Part shown: positions 27,256-61,500 of the stretch, one piece after another | Position numbering within the stretch: position 1 is the first letter of the stretch | Layout: each line of letters starts with the position of its first letter | DNA from: Chrysomallon squamiferum | Taxonomy: Eukaryota; Animalia; Mollusca | DNA: 64,000 nucleotides | Direction: 5' to 3' | Assembly: GCA_012295275.1 (NCBI GenBank) | Contig: CM022671.1 | Coordinates: 2,666,001-2,730,000 of the forward strand | Notes under the pieces: model-generated | What the model saw: only the letters and a program-made list of their open reading frames with translations | Databases searched by the model: none | Told to the model about the DNA's origin: nothing | Program-made: the position numbers and the translations under genes

Positions 27256-29254
27256 TTACCAGTAACCATGCGGTTGTAAGTTTACATCTTCCAAAAGTTC
27301 CTCTTCATCAACAGTGTAATGTTGCATCCGTTTATCTTTGTCCATTTTAAAGAAACGTTTAGCTTTTTTTGCAACTCTTGCAAGTTTTTCTGTTTATAAA
27401 TTGAAAGCTGATTATTCTGAACAACAATAATATATTAACATACAAAATTTGTTTCTTTTACAAATAATATATATATTTTTATAAAGAGGAAACAAATTAA
27501 AAATTCATATTTATTTGGTGTACACTGAATTAGTTTTATTAAGACAAAACAACAACAACTACAATAATAATAATAATAAAACTTAAAAAATAATAAAAAG
27601 AATTTCGATAATCTTTTTATACTATATTTTATACAGGCCTACTGTAAAGTATTATGAAACAATATTATAATGCGTCGCTTAAAATCTGTCCGAAATACGT
27701 CCTATCGCGTATATGTCCGTAGCCTCCCCCCCCCGAAAAAAAAAAAAAAATTATGGGGATAAATAAAAATAAGTAAAATATGATAATAATAATAATAATA
27801 ATGTAAATACCACGAGAGAGATCGCGCACACGCAAGTATCACGTGTTTTAAAATAAATTCTGAAAGTATCGCCAGGCATATAATGCAGTACAGTAACAAT
27901 AAACCATAATATGTTACAGTTGCCTATCCACCGAGTCTTTCGAAGTTTCAGACAACGGCGGATTTCTAATATTTCGACAAATCGGACATTTGTGATGGCA
28001 TTCGCATTATTACTCGGGCGGCTTTCTTTGAAATTTTCTTGACTGCTAGACGACAGCCACGACACATTGTGGTCGTATGAGATTTTGTATTATTCTCCGA
28101 TGTATGGAGTGTACGGACGTAAACCCTTTAATTAGGAATAAACATTATTACTGCTTTGAAATTAAAGATTGTTTGATGGTATAACAACTACTGCCACTTT
28201 CTTCTTCTTTTTTTAAATTAATATTTTATTCAAAACACTATGGAAAATTTACATTTTTATTTCCTTTTTGTTGTAGTTCTAATTTAAGTAAATAATTTGA
28301 TTATTTTCTGTTGCAGAGTTTTGAATAAAAAAAAAAAAATAAAAGCGGGTTCTAATTAATAGAGATGTTAGGTATCGCTTGATAGAGGATACAGTTTTAT
28401 TCTAATGTATTCAATTAACATTCAGCAGCTACATTCTTAGTGTCTTGTTGGTTCTGAAGATGTTTTAACAGTGAAAGGATTGAGTGGGTAATAGTATAAA
28501 TTATTCTTAATCCGGTTGTGCACCCCCCCTCCAAAAAAAACCGTACTTAGGCCTGTAAGCGAGTTATGAATGTACAAAAGTAATATCACAACAGTTAGAC
28601 GTGTTTTGAAACAATACTGGTGTATTAATCTCAAATGGTACTAGCAATATATTTATATATATAAAAAAGGGCGTAGATGCGTGAGTGTGCACGATAAACT
28701 CGTGTACACGTATGCAAAAGAAAGTTGTGTACATGTTTATATCCTGAGTGTGTACGTACATGAAAATGAATGCAGATTAGATGTAATTATGACGTGGCAA
28801 TAGATTGTATGTATGTATGTTCATGCAAATTAAAATACGTGGCTAGACTGTATACAACTGTCTTATATGATTGATTTGTATTTAAACGTGATTATTCATA
28901 ATGAAACAAATTTATATAAATATTTTTTAAATGAATTCAGAAATATTTTCAAGTGAATTTCAATATTTAGCATTTAACTGAAAATACATTATTTGTGTGT
29001 GTGTGTGTGTATATATATACATACACATTCGTATACCATAGGAGTATTTTAAAGATGAGAGATAATAAGTTTTAAATATACATGCAGGCTTTTGTATTGG
29101 TTTTCAGTGTTTTTAAATATTTATTAGGAGTTTTGTATTTTCATTTTTTCTAAATTTCTACTTGTAAATTAATTATTCGATTTAACTTTAACAGAATAAA
29201 TATTTACTTTCCTGACTAAATAACATGCACGTCTTGTTATTGTTGTTGTTACTG

Positions 29255-29315
<61 letters not shown>

Positions 29316-30763
29316 TGATTGCTTTTTGAAATTACTGATGATAATTAGATTTTATTTAAAAAAAAAAAAAAAAAAAAAAGAGAGAAAATCTTACCTGGTA
29401 AAGTATTGTCTACATTTTCATCTCCAGACACCAGCAACACTTGAAAAGATTAAGACAATTTTTTCTTTAAAAACATTTAAATCTTTTAAAAAGACACGGA
29501 GCTAAATGCACGGTTTGGTGTAATGCAATCTAATTTCTAGAGTGTGAGGTAGATACACACGAACACAGTGCAGATGAATTCATTTCTCTATGCATATTTC
29601 AAACAATATTTTTGAAAGAGAAAAATAGAACAATAACAAAATGAACATTTTAACATTTTCTTTTGAACTGAATTTTAAAGATAACCGGTTTATAACCTCA
29701 TTTAATTATACTTATATATACAGGCTTTCTGGCGTAAATATAAAATACATTTATATCAAAAACAAATTTAATTGGAAATTTTTCGATATGTTAATTTTAT
29801 TACTTTCATTTTTAAATTATATTTGATTTAATTCTTTTTTTAAAGTGGTATGATTTATGAAATAAAAATGAAAGACTAAAGCATATCTTTGATGATAATA
29901 ATAATTATAATAATAATAATATTCATCACATACCAACCAATGCTAATATTAATACGGATACAAATTTCATTCTGGCGGAGATCCTTTCAGAGAATATCGT
30001 TACCGAAATATGTTGATCTGCGTTTGATCTTATTTTATATATAAATATATAAATATATAAAATATCATTGATCTGTGCATAGGCTTATGGCCAACCCCAA
30101 ATGTTAGTAACATGTTTATATGACAGGCATTGAATGGAATTTAAAATAACTGACTGTAAACTGACTTTTGTTCGTGTGTTTATTATTTGTTTTTGGTTAT
30201 TAATGTCTGAGGGTCTTTGTTTTTTTGTTGTTGTTTTTTGCTGTGCAGCGATTTTAACCCATGTAAATTTCGGCCTAAAACTAACCTTAAATAAAAATGA
30301 TAGTTATCATTATAATTCATATTTTAAAATATAGCCAGCAAAGACAAAGAATATTAAATTGAAATCTGAAAAATTAAATAAGCCAGTTTATCATCGTTTC
30401 TCTGTAACCAGTCTTTTGACATGATAAGCGATGAAAATTTTATTTGTAGACGCGGCAAAGGTCTTTCAGAATATTTCGAAATTGTAGTTATAAATGAATC
30501 AATCATTTTGAAAATATATTCAACCAATTAGACATAACGGATGTCTCATAAATTCTCTTCTATAAAGCAATTATAAATAAACGTAAACTGAGATAAAATG
30601 ACCAGTATATCTATATCAGTGGAATAGGCCTTTGGCGTATTCTATTTTCAAAGGAAACTTGATTTTAGGAAGAAATATATATTAGCATATAAATTGTTGG
30701 CCGTATCATTAAAATTCAGAACATTTAACCTGTCGAAATAAAGACACTAGCACACCAGCCCAT
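27256..30763 (-). CDS. Candidate 70-aa secreted peptide precursor, unrecognised; may have additional internal exons
   Basis: Exons 30730-30763, 29395-29439 and 27256-27389 joined by two phase-1 GT-AG introns give MGWCASVFISTVLLVSGDENVDNTLPEKLARVAKKAKRFFKMDKDKRMQHYTVDEEELLEDVNLQPHGYW*. Donors are CAG|GTTAAA and CAG|GTAAGA. Ab initio only. Confidence 0.4.
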
Positions 30764-32597
30764 TAGAAGACTAAACAGGACCACTTAGTAAAAGTGATAT
30801 TGGATATTTCAGTAACTAATCACACGCTGTTATTTCTGTAACTTCCCTGAAATATGGTTATATTTACTATTATAATAATAAACCAAGCAAGATGAAATTA
30901 CAGTAATTAATTACGAATCAGAAAATAAGTGTTCTTAAAAATTATGTAAATTAATACAATAATTTTTAAATGCAGTATGTATGTAATATCTATGTCTATA
31001 TCCTTATACCCTCACACACATATACCTATCAATACATGTATTAGAATACGTTACTATAAATTATAGTATTATTCATAATAATATAGTCTCTATGAATACA
31101 CTGAGTTTGTAGTTTGTACTGTTTACTGTTTTATCAGTGTTTTGGATAGTAATATTATTCGACTAGTATTACACTTATTATTTTCATTTAAAAATAAAAA
31201 GTTTATATCAGCTCTTGTAAACTCATATGCTCACTGAATATATTGCAATGTTCTCCATATATCTGTGAGTAACGGCCTGAGTGAAGTAATGTATTATTTT
31301 GCTATTTGTGTGTTTGTATCTGTGTGTATGTATATATTCCAAACGTAATCGATAATCATTACGATTACATTGAAAATATGCCAGTATGATTCAGAAATTA
31401 CGATTATTTTAACACGAATCATAGTTACTTTGACAGAATTTATTCATATGAAAACGGCAGTAATATCCAGTATATTCGCGTAAATAAACAAAATATGTTA
31501 CTCTGTTGTAATTAGCTGAAAAACAACTATAAATATGCAAGTGAATATGTTTTCAAACAACAAAACAATGTATAACTGTGGTATTACCACAAGTATAAAG
31601 ACAATGTGTCGTTGTCGCTTTCATGATACTAGAAATAAAAAAACAAACGAAAACAACAACAATATATATCAGTCTCCAGATCTACACGGTAAAAAAAACC
31701 CCTGTATTTTAAGCGATAGGTTATTATTGGATATTTAAAAAAAAAAAAAAAAAAAAATTAAAATTAAAATTAAAAAAAAAAATATGAATAAATAAATAAA
31801 TAAACAAATAAATAATTTTAAAAAAATTAAAAATTTGACGAATATATTAGTTGATAAATGTAAATAACAAACAAACAATAATAAATTAACTTTATTAGAC
31901 TGTTTATTCGTATATTTCATACAGGATCGAAGCAGCATTCTGTAAAGTTACATAACATTACATTTTATATGGACATGATAAAGATACGTGAATATTTTGT
32001 TTAATGACATCTGTTAAAACAACAGTTTGTTGTATTTTTTTATTTTGTGTGGTTTTTTATTGTTTGTTTGTTTTTGTTCGTTGCACAACCAAACTCTTAT
32101 TTATGCTTAAGTGAATTTATGAGTATTTTTGGGTAAAAAAGAATATTGTTTTTGTTAACATATATATTTTTTTCTGTGTATTAACTTTTTCCTTCATTTA
32201 CAGGTCCCATATAATATATAACCGTTTATTTAAAAATCCGTATGTACATAAAAATATGGGCATTAAAAAGGGCGGGATAATTTGTGCTTTTAAAATAGAT
32301 TTCTCTTGTAATTTATAAGACGTTCGTTTAGCAAATGCGTCAGTGTCATACTCAGTAGGTTATTGAATAATGACATTTTACAAGACCGGAATGAATATTT
32401 CTTTAATAGCTTATACTTTAAAAATAATGTTAACTGTTATTGTCAGACATTTTGTGTTATACAGAGATAACCACAGCTACCATAATACTGACTATTCAAA
32501 TAAATATCTCAAAAGGAAGGCTATCATTACTATAAATTATATATTTTAGCTATTAATAAGAGTTGTTTCTTCGTCTTCTTCTTCTTCTTTTTTTTTC

Positions 32598-32659
<62 letters not shown>

Positions 32660-32884
32660 GAGAAATAGTTCTATAAATAATTATTGCAAATAATAGTAGA
32701 AAATAATGTTGATTACATGTAGAAGCCTGTATGTGTATGTATGTGTAACTTGAAAAACCCATTGTTAATATTAATATTATGAATACATTATGAATTATGT
32801 TGGTAGTCAAAGGATAAGGCTGCCCAAAGTTTACAGGCTAACAACGTTCTTTGGTTTGGTTTCCTACTGGTAAATATAAACAAA

Positions 32885-32902
32885 AGGTCAAGGTCATGAA
32901 CT
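32885..32902. promoter_or_regulatory. Composite nuclear-receptor-type element (AGGTCA AGGTCA TGAACT)
   Basis: DR0 plus IR0 half-site arrangement including TCAAGGTCA, ~720 nt upstream of the PHF8 ATG. Confidence 0.35.
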
Positions 32903-32938
32903 CATCATTTTGATCTGGTTTTAACCAATGTTTATATA

Positions 32939-33463
32939 CAGTCGACCCTGTATTTAACGGACAAAAACCGTGAAAGATTGTTTGGAAAATAAACGTTCAG
33001 GATTTTCCGAACAGTCTCAGAAATTGCTGAAATATTAATATGAACAGTGTAGAATAATATTATACCGAACTAAATTTACTTTAAATTCACAACTGGAATA
33101 ATGTACAGATCTTAGTTTATTTTAAATTCGCAAGTTTGATTTGCTCTGGTGGACAGCAGACTGAGCTTGGTTTGCCGTGTTCGAAAGTGACGCCATTGTC
33201 GATGCACAGAAATAAAAATAATGTTATATATCCTCAGAAGTCTAGGATAAAAGGCAGAGCACGCACAGCATGAACGCACAAGTGGCCAGTATATATAAAA
33301 AAAAAAAAAAAAAAAAAAACTGGCTCGCTCGATTATGCATCTATCGAATGCTTTCCTAATTCCCGGAGATTCAGTAGATTCCAGAATATTTGTATATTTC
33401 CCAGATTTGTTCTTTATTTTCGAAAATCCGGCAAGTAGTGTCCGTTAAATGGAGGGTCGCATA
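32939..33463. mobile_element. MITE-like element (Tc1/mariner, pogo/Tigger-like) overlapping the PHF8 5' region
   Basis: Left TA|CAGTCGACCCTGTATTTAACGGACA; right TGTCCGTTAAATGGAGGGTCGCATA|TA. Imperfect 25-bp inverted repeats flanked by TA, with weaker subterminal inverted similarity (GAAAATAAA / TTTATTTTC). Confidence 0.65.
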
Positions 33464-33622
33464 TACAGATATTACTGTCTAAAGTTTTTGATGTATATAA
33501 CACAATGGTAATTCGGGCACTGGCAATATTCGACCAATTCCGACTCTTTACGTTATCTTTACGATGTCGATGCCGAATATTACCGATTAATTCCGAATAA
33601 ACTCGACTCTTTGTTCGGAAAT

Positions 33623-54649
<21,027 letters not shown>

Positions 54650-57600
54650 TATTATATTTTTATTAAATCATTATTTTATGTAAAAACAAATTAAAGGACT
54701 GAAACTTTCAGTTGGACATTAATACTGAACCACATTTAAAAAAAAATGAAAAAAAGCTAAACTTTCTGCAGACACTACTTGGGAACAAAAGAATAACAAC
54801 TTTTTAGAGGTTGTTATATTTTTTATCTAGTATAACCCAGCAAGAAATGATGGCTTGAACAGTGATTAATGTGGACTAACATACTTTTGTGCAGAATTAC
54901 ACATGGTATTATTTACTACACAGATTTGTGGTTTTGGTATTGTCTTGTGAAGATTGATAACAGATAGTGAATGTGTTTATATATTATATTTATTAGGACT
55001 TACAACACGGATTGATAAGACTAGTGTTATATCAGTGAAAATTAACAAGATATGGTTTTATAACACAGGGCGTCTTAACATTAACTCTTGGTTTAAGTCT
55101 TCAGCAGGCTGACAGAACTAGCAGATAGCACAAAACAGTGGAATAAATCTCATATTTTACTACAAAAATGTAAAATTAAAAACAAGATCTTTTTTTAGAG
55201 GATGATCTTCACTGCCTTATTTGTTAAAGGAACATATGTCTCCTGGGCATAGTTTTATAAACATTTTTATTTTTGTAACCCAAATATTTAGTTAATATAA
55301 AATGTGTGATTTTGTCTTCTGTCATTAATCAGTCATTAACTGCAGTTTATCTTGAAGTCATTTGAACTGTACATTTAAAAAAGAAAAACAATATTGATTT
55401 GATCTCAGTTATTACAGTTCATACAATTCATCATCACACGTCATTATATATATAATATATGATCTTATAATACCATTTTAATATATATATATATATACTA
55501 GTGTATATATTAAAACAGCATTAACATTACCCAGCCACTCGTACATCAGTAAGTCAAAGTCCAGTAAAAATTATTTCCATAATTCTTGTTACAATACCAT
55601 ATTGAATGTTAAAATGGCGTTAGTGATTTATATTATTACCAAATTAAATCTTGTAATTGTCCAACAGTAAGCCAATACCAGAAGAGCTCTAAAAGGCAGC
55701 ATGTTTGCAATATTTTATATTTGGCAATATGTGATTGTTTTTGTTAAGACCTTTTGTTTGGTATTTTTGTAATTTTATTTTTAATTGACAACAGTATGTA
55801 TTTATGTACTAAATAGGTTGTCATATTTGTTACATTCATTATAAATAGCTGAAAATCTTTTTCAAGTTTTTTGTACTTTTTGTTTATAAAGGGTAAAACA
55901 AGAATTTAAAATTGACTGGATATAAATTTAAAGTTAGAAACGTTTTGTTAAGTTTATAATCTGTAAATATTAAAAAAGTTATTAATTTTATTATTTTATT
56001 ATTTTTATATTAATTTTTAATATTTTGAAAAAGAAAAGAAAAATAAATTTTAATAAAATATATAATTTATATCTTGATTTGATGTACATTATGTAATTTT
56101 TTTTTTTAAGGTTGTCATAAAAGTTCACAGGAAAGTTTTGAAATATTTCTGAGTTTAGAAATATTCTAATAAGATTTTAGGGAAATTTTTTATTTTTAAA
56201 TTATAATATTGAAGATTAAATGCATTCTAGCATTAATAGTCTTAGGTCAGTTAACTTCTATCCAAGGTGTACACACATCAAATGCAACAAAATTTTCATA
56301 TGTATCTTCAAAATATTTCCATTTGTATGTTTTGAATTTATACATGAGATAGTGAAAATTATGGTGTATAAATCCAACATTGTACTCAATTAAAAAAGAT
56401 GGTTATTTAGCCAAGTGTACTTAATTTGCCATATTATCATTTGCTTTCATATATTACTTGGCATCAATGGCAATACTGAAACCCTAATTTTTAAATTTGT
56501 CTTAAAATCATGAAATAAAGAAAATGTGTTTTACTTAGCTTATTGTTTACAGCCAGTACTGTCCACAAGGTAGAAAAGACAAATATCTAGGATGCTACAA
56601 CAAAGGAATAGTTTTATGATTCCTTAGTACATTAACATTTATTTGGTTAAAGACATATAATCCTGTATACAAAGATATGACTGTTTTTGGCACTTTTCTC
56701 AATTAGCAATCAGAAATCCTTCCTACAGACCATAAAATCTGTGGACTAGTGATACAGATTCATGATTAATTCCAATAAAAGAGTTTTTTAAAAACATTTA
56801 AACCTGTAAGATTGAATTATGCAGGTTATTGGTGGATCTTTTGATATGGTGTGAATTAAATTATGAAAATGTAAAACAGCTGAATGCAGGCATTTAAATC
56901 AAATGAGTCTTAAGCAGTGCATTGATCGTATTTACGTTTTGTGCATCTGAATACCTTTACACTGAATCACAGTGTATGTCTATATAGATAAAAGAAAACA
57001 ACTCGATTTGAAATTCATATAAATGGGAAGACTAGAACATTGCAAAAACCACAACCAAAACAAATTTTATTATTTAGCATGCCTGTAAAACCATATTTCT
57101 TTCATATTTAGTTTTTTAAATCGTGTTATATATTTATTGTTTGAAAGGTTTTCTGTTCAATTCACAATGAATCATGGTAACACTGTATATAAATCATGTA
57201 AATTATAGTGTGCCTGGTTATGGGTTTTTTCTAATCATGTAAACATTATTCTGTGCATTTTACTCTGGCATTAAAAACACAAGAGATTTAGTGATTGAAA
57301 TTTGGGAAATATATTTTAACACTGAAACACTAATATTTAAAAATAAAACTATTAAATTTTGTGTTAATTTATTTGGCAGGACAGAGGTAATAAAATGTTT
57401 ATCTTTGTTAAGTTTAATTTTTAATGCCAGTTTACTTTTTGTTCTAGTCTGTACAAAAATTTAATTTTCAGTATTATCATACACAGTAATAATAACACAC
57501 TGGTTTACAACAGTATTTCCATGTTCCTGCTTATGTAATGAAACTGTTAAATTCAGAACAAAGTTTCATTACACTTTATTAATGTCCATCTCAAACTACA

Positions 57601-58193
57601 GCTGAACTGTGAGTTTTATGTTGTCTGTTTATATGGATATCTGTCAGACCAATTTGTCTCTGCATACTGTAAAAATAAACAGTAATTTAAAACCAGACAC
57701 TATAATAACAGCTGGGTATTATGTCTGTTTTTTTTCCTTTTTTTTAAAACAACATATTGTATAATACCTCTTATTTACATCAATTTGTACATTTTGTATA
57801 TACATATAAATACATTATAGAATGTATTATTTACAGAGTTTGTTATTTGTGTCACTCATTTCTAATTTACTGTACAATAAACATTTTTTGTATAAATAAA
57901 ACCGGCATCCCAATGAACTTGGATTTTACTTCATATTATGAGAAAGGTTCCATCATTTTTGATATTATAATTATTTACAGTGTCTATTTTTGTTTTCATA
58001 CATGCAAGATAAAAAGGTATTTGAGATTAGTGCTAGATATTAGGCAAAACAATCACCTGAACTGTGTATGAATGTTAAAATATATTCTGATAGTCACAAT
58101 TTGCTCTATGTGATTAATTTTCATTTTTTGCTTCTTTGCAAAACACAGCTTAAAGTATGCTAAACAAAAGCAATGCTAAGCAGACTTCTAAGA

Positions 58194-58199
58194 TTTATT
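58194..58199 (-). terminator. Probable FANCD2 polyadenylation signal
   Basis: AATAAA on the minus strand ~360 nt past the stop codon. Confidence 0.4.
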
Positions 58200-58558
58200 C
58201 AAATTAAGCACTGATCCATACTGTGATCACAAAGTAAATCACATGCAACATCACTTTGAGACCTATATTTTCCTTCAGTTATCTGCTCATGGAAAATAGG
58301 TACAAGTATGTATGTGCATACACACACCAAGCTTTTGTCAGCGTTAACCAAGATATTTAATGATTTGTAAACCAACCAAAAAAGAAAATGAAAATAAAGA
58401 TCACATTCTACATGCATCTGTCAACTGTTTCTCTTTGTAGCACACATGTCAAACTGTCTTTCAGTCAACAGTTCTCTACCTTTAAACACATGTATGACAG
58501 TTACACTGTTATTACAGAATCAAACTGGTCATTTCAGTGAAAAATGTTTTTAGATCCT

Positions 58559-61500
58559 TCAGAACACATCACTACAAGATGGATCATCTGATTCGTCATT
58601 CTTCTCCTGACCAGCCTCACTGGCATCATCCATTTCCTAAAATCATAAATATATTTTTATAGTTTAACAATAATATGCTTGATGTCTGCTTGTTTTAGTT
58701 TTCTTAGTTCATAACAAAAAATAATGAAAGTTTAAACAGTCATATATTTAACTTCTAAAATAATCTCTCTACCAAATAAATATGTCTGATCTGCATGAAT
58801 TTCAGCATATCAATAACCATACTTACTTTTGTGATTACACTATTGAAAACAAATAATACTTGTGACTTGGAATGCTCACACTTTAACTATTTACTCAAAG
58901 AGTTATCTTTGACTATATACAACTGTTCCAATAAATTCTACAAAACTGTACTCACACAACAGAGCAACTGGCTGTTTCTATAAATGTCTTCTTAAAACCT
59001 TGTAATTATTTATTACTGGAAATTTTTCTTTTCATTCACTGAGGTGTCTTTCTCACACATTTTCTTATCATTAATAATAACAATAGTAATAATAATATCA
59101 TCTTAATTCATGGTTTCCATACTCACCACTTCACTCTCCTCATCTTCCTGAACTGATTCCTCATCCTCTACATCACTCTGATTTCCATCTGTTAAAGAAA
59201 CCTGCGACAAGATTTCCTCTCCCTGTTCAAAAACATACAAATAAAATACAAATAATACTGAATTAAAATTACATACAAGAGTAACACAGTCTTTGTTTCA
59301 TATTGTTTGAAATAAACTATTCCATGAAAAAAAAAAATTTAAATTCTAAACCCTACTTTTAAAAAGAACGTCAAATTAAGTAATAAGAAAAACCTGCCAA
59401 CATATCTATAAAAGCGGCATGATTAACATATTTTAATACAAAATTGTGACCTATTAGTATTAGGATTTACTAATCAAGTAAAATACAAAATTATCATTAT
59501 GTTATTAAATGGTGTTTTTAATTTTAGAATCATTTTAATTATCCAAGCAAAGCTAGGGTTCAGTTAACCAAGTTATTTATTCTTAGTTAATCTGTAACAA
59601 AGCCAGTTTAACGACACTAATTTAATACTAATATACAGTTTGGAACTGCAAAATGATCAACCTGCAGATCTCTGTTTTTCAGATTTCCCAGCCAGAATGC
59701 TTCCAAACAATTGTTAACAGTCAACATGGCCTTAACTCGATATACAAATTGTTCCAGTGCTCGTTTGAGAGGAGGCACCTGATTGGTCAGTGACACATCT
59801 CGGATTATCTGTACACATGATAATATTTATAATAAAGATATGTCAATGGAAAATACACAAACATATTATTTATTTACAGAGATATATTATAATGTAATGC
59901 TAGAAATAAATTTAAAAAATCTCCTGTTTTATGATGTTGTAATATATTTAGATGTTTTGTTCCTTTTTTTTTTTTTTTTTTTAAGTATGTCAAGTAAACA
60001 AAGCATTATAAGGTGTACTGTGACATTTAAAACATAACTAAGTAATCTGAGGCACTGAGGAGTCTCGACACAACTAAGATTTCTCTGCCCATAGATTTTA
60101 CAAATGTGTGATAGAAATGTAACAGTACCTTGGAGTGACTTGACAAATGGTGAAGTGTGCGTGTACTGAGCTGAAAGTTTTTCAACAAAGACTGAACTTC
60201 TTCTCGGTCTGTGCGAAACATCTTGTCAAGCAGTGGCATTCCATTACGCAAAAACACATCCACAAACTGACGTCCATTCTGTTTAAGAAAAATCTTGTTA
60301 ATTATAACATGTCATTATCCAGTATTAATTACTTGCACTTTATATAATTTACTACCTCATTGTATTTCATTTGATTTTTAAACACATTTAAAATTCACAT
60401 TCTAACCCTTTTTAATGACAATTTTTTATATCATATGGTAATCTAGAAAACTAAATTGGAAAAAAGATCTGGTTAAAACCAATTTTGTCAACATTCTACC
60501 AACCTTCAAAGCAGCACCAACAATCGATCGACTGTCAAATATCTGAAAAAAAATAAAAATTATATATATATATATATAAAAAAATAAATCTATAAAACAA
60601 TGTCACACATGATTCTTAATTAAGATTAATGACAATTTCTTTGTCATCATTTAAGAAAAATTAGGTGTTTTTTTATATGTTTATTAGGAAACAATCACAT
60701 CATTTTCTAGTGATATCATGAGAACAAATTTTTTTTCAAAACATATATAGGCTATTCTTACTAATACAAGGGATCTTTAAATTGACTTTTTTGTAAAAAG
60801 ATGAAATTGGAAAGAATCATGGAGAACAGTCTGGTAATTTTATTATATTCTACAATACATTTATACAAATTAACAAGAACCATATCAATATGTAATAAAA
60901 ATGTTCTGCATATGGTTAACAAAATTTTCCTTCTTAACATATGTTTTTTTGTATTTTGATATTATTAAAATTTTATTGACAAACTTTTCTCATAAATAAT
61001 GAATTAATCTGTACACCATGACAAAGAGGTTTTAAAAAAAAAACACAGCAACAAAACAGACAGTAGTGTGTGTAATTCTGCCTTCATACCTTAATTAAGT
61101 TTACCAAAACATGTAGAATTTTTACAGCTATGCTCCATCTTATCAGCTGATCTACCTTCACCTGAAAAATATTGTTTAAAAATGCATGTCAATAACATTC
61201 ATTGACTAATAATGCAAAAAGTGGAATTAAAAAAATAATGAAAAAAATTAAATATAAAATCAAACATTAAAAAAATTATTAATTATATTAAATTTAACTC
61301 AAATAAGATTTTCATTCCATTAACCAGAATTAAAACTTTTATAACACTTTTGTTTCAAATACTTGTTTTATTTTTTTTTATATTCATTTCCACTGACACT
61401 TCTTTTCTGAAATTTCCCACATTTGGAATTTTATTTAGCTTCCACAACTTCAGGTATAGGATTACTAATCAGCATAAAAATTAAAAACTATAATTCACAA

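Noticed and set aside
27960-28070. RING-finger-like words (MCRGC ... HKCPICR) on the minus strand
   Set aside because: They lie in different frames with stops between, and the N-terminal CxxC and CxH ligands are missing.
27632-28557. TA-CAGGCCTA ... TAGGCCTG-TA as possible transposon termini
   Set aside because: Only 8 bp, built on the palindrome AGGCCT which recurs in the window; no further inverted similarity.
55500-57810. Pumilio-like TGTAHATA sites in the PHF8 3' region
   Set aside because: A handful of sites is expected by chance at this AT content.
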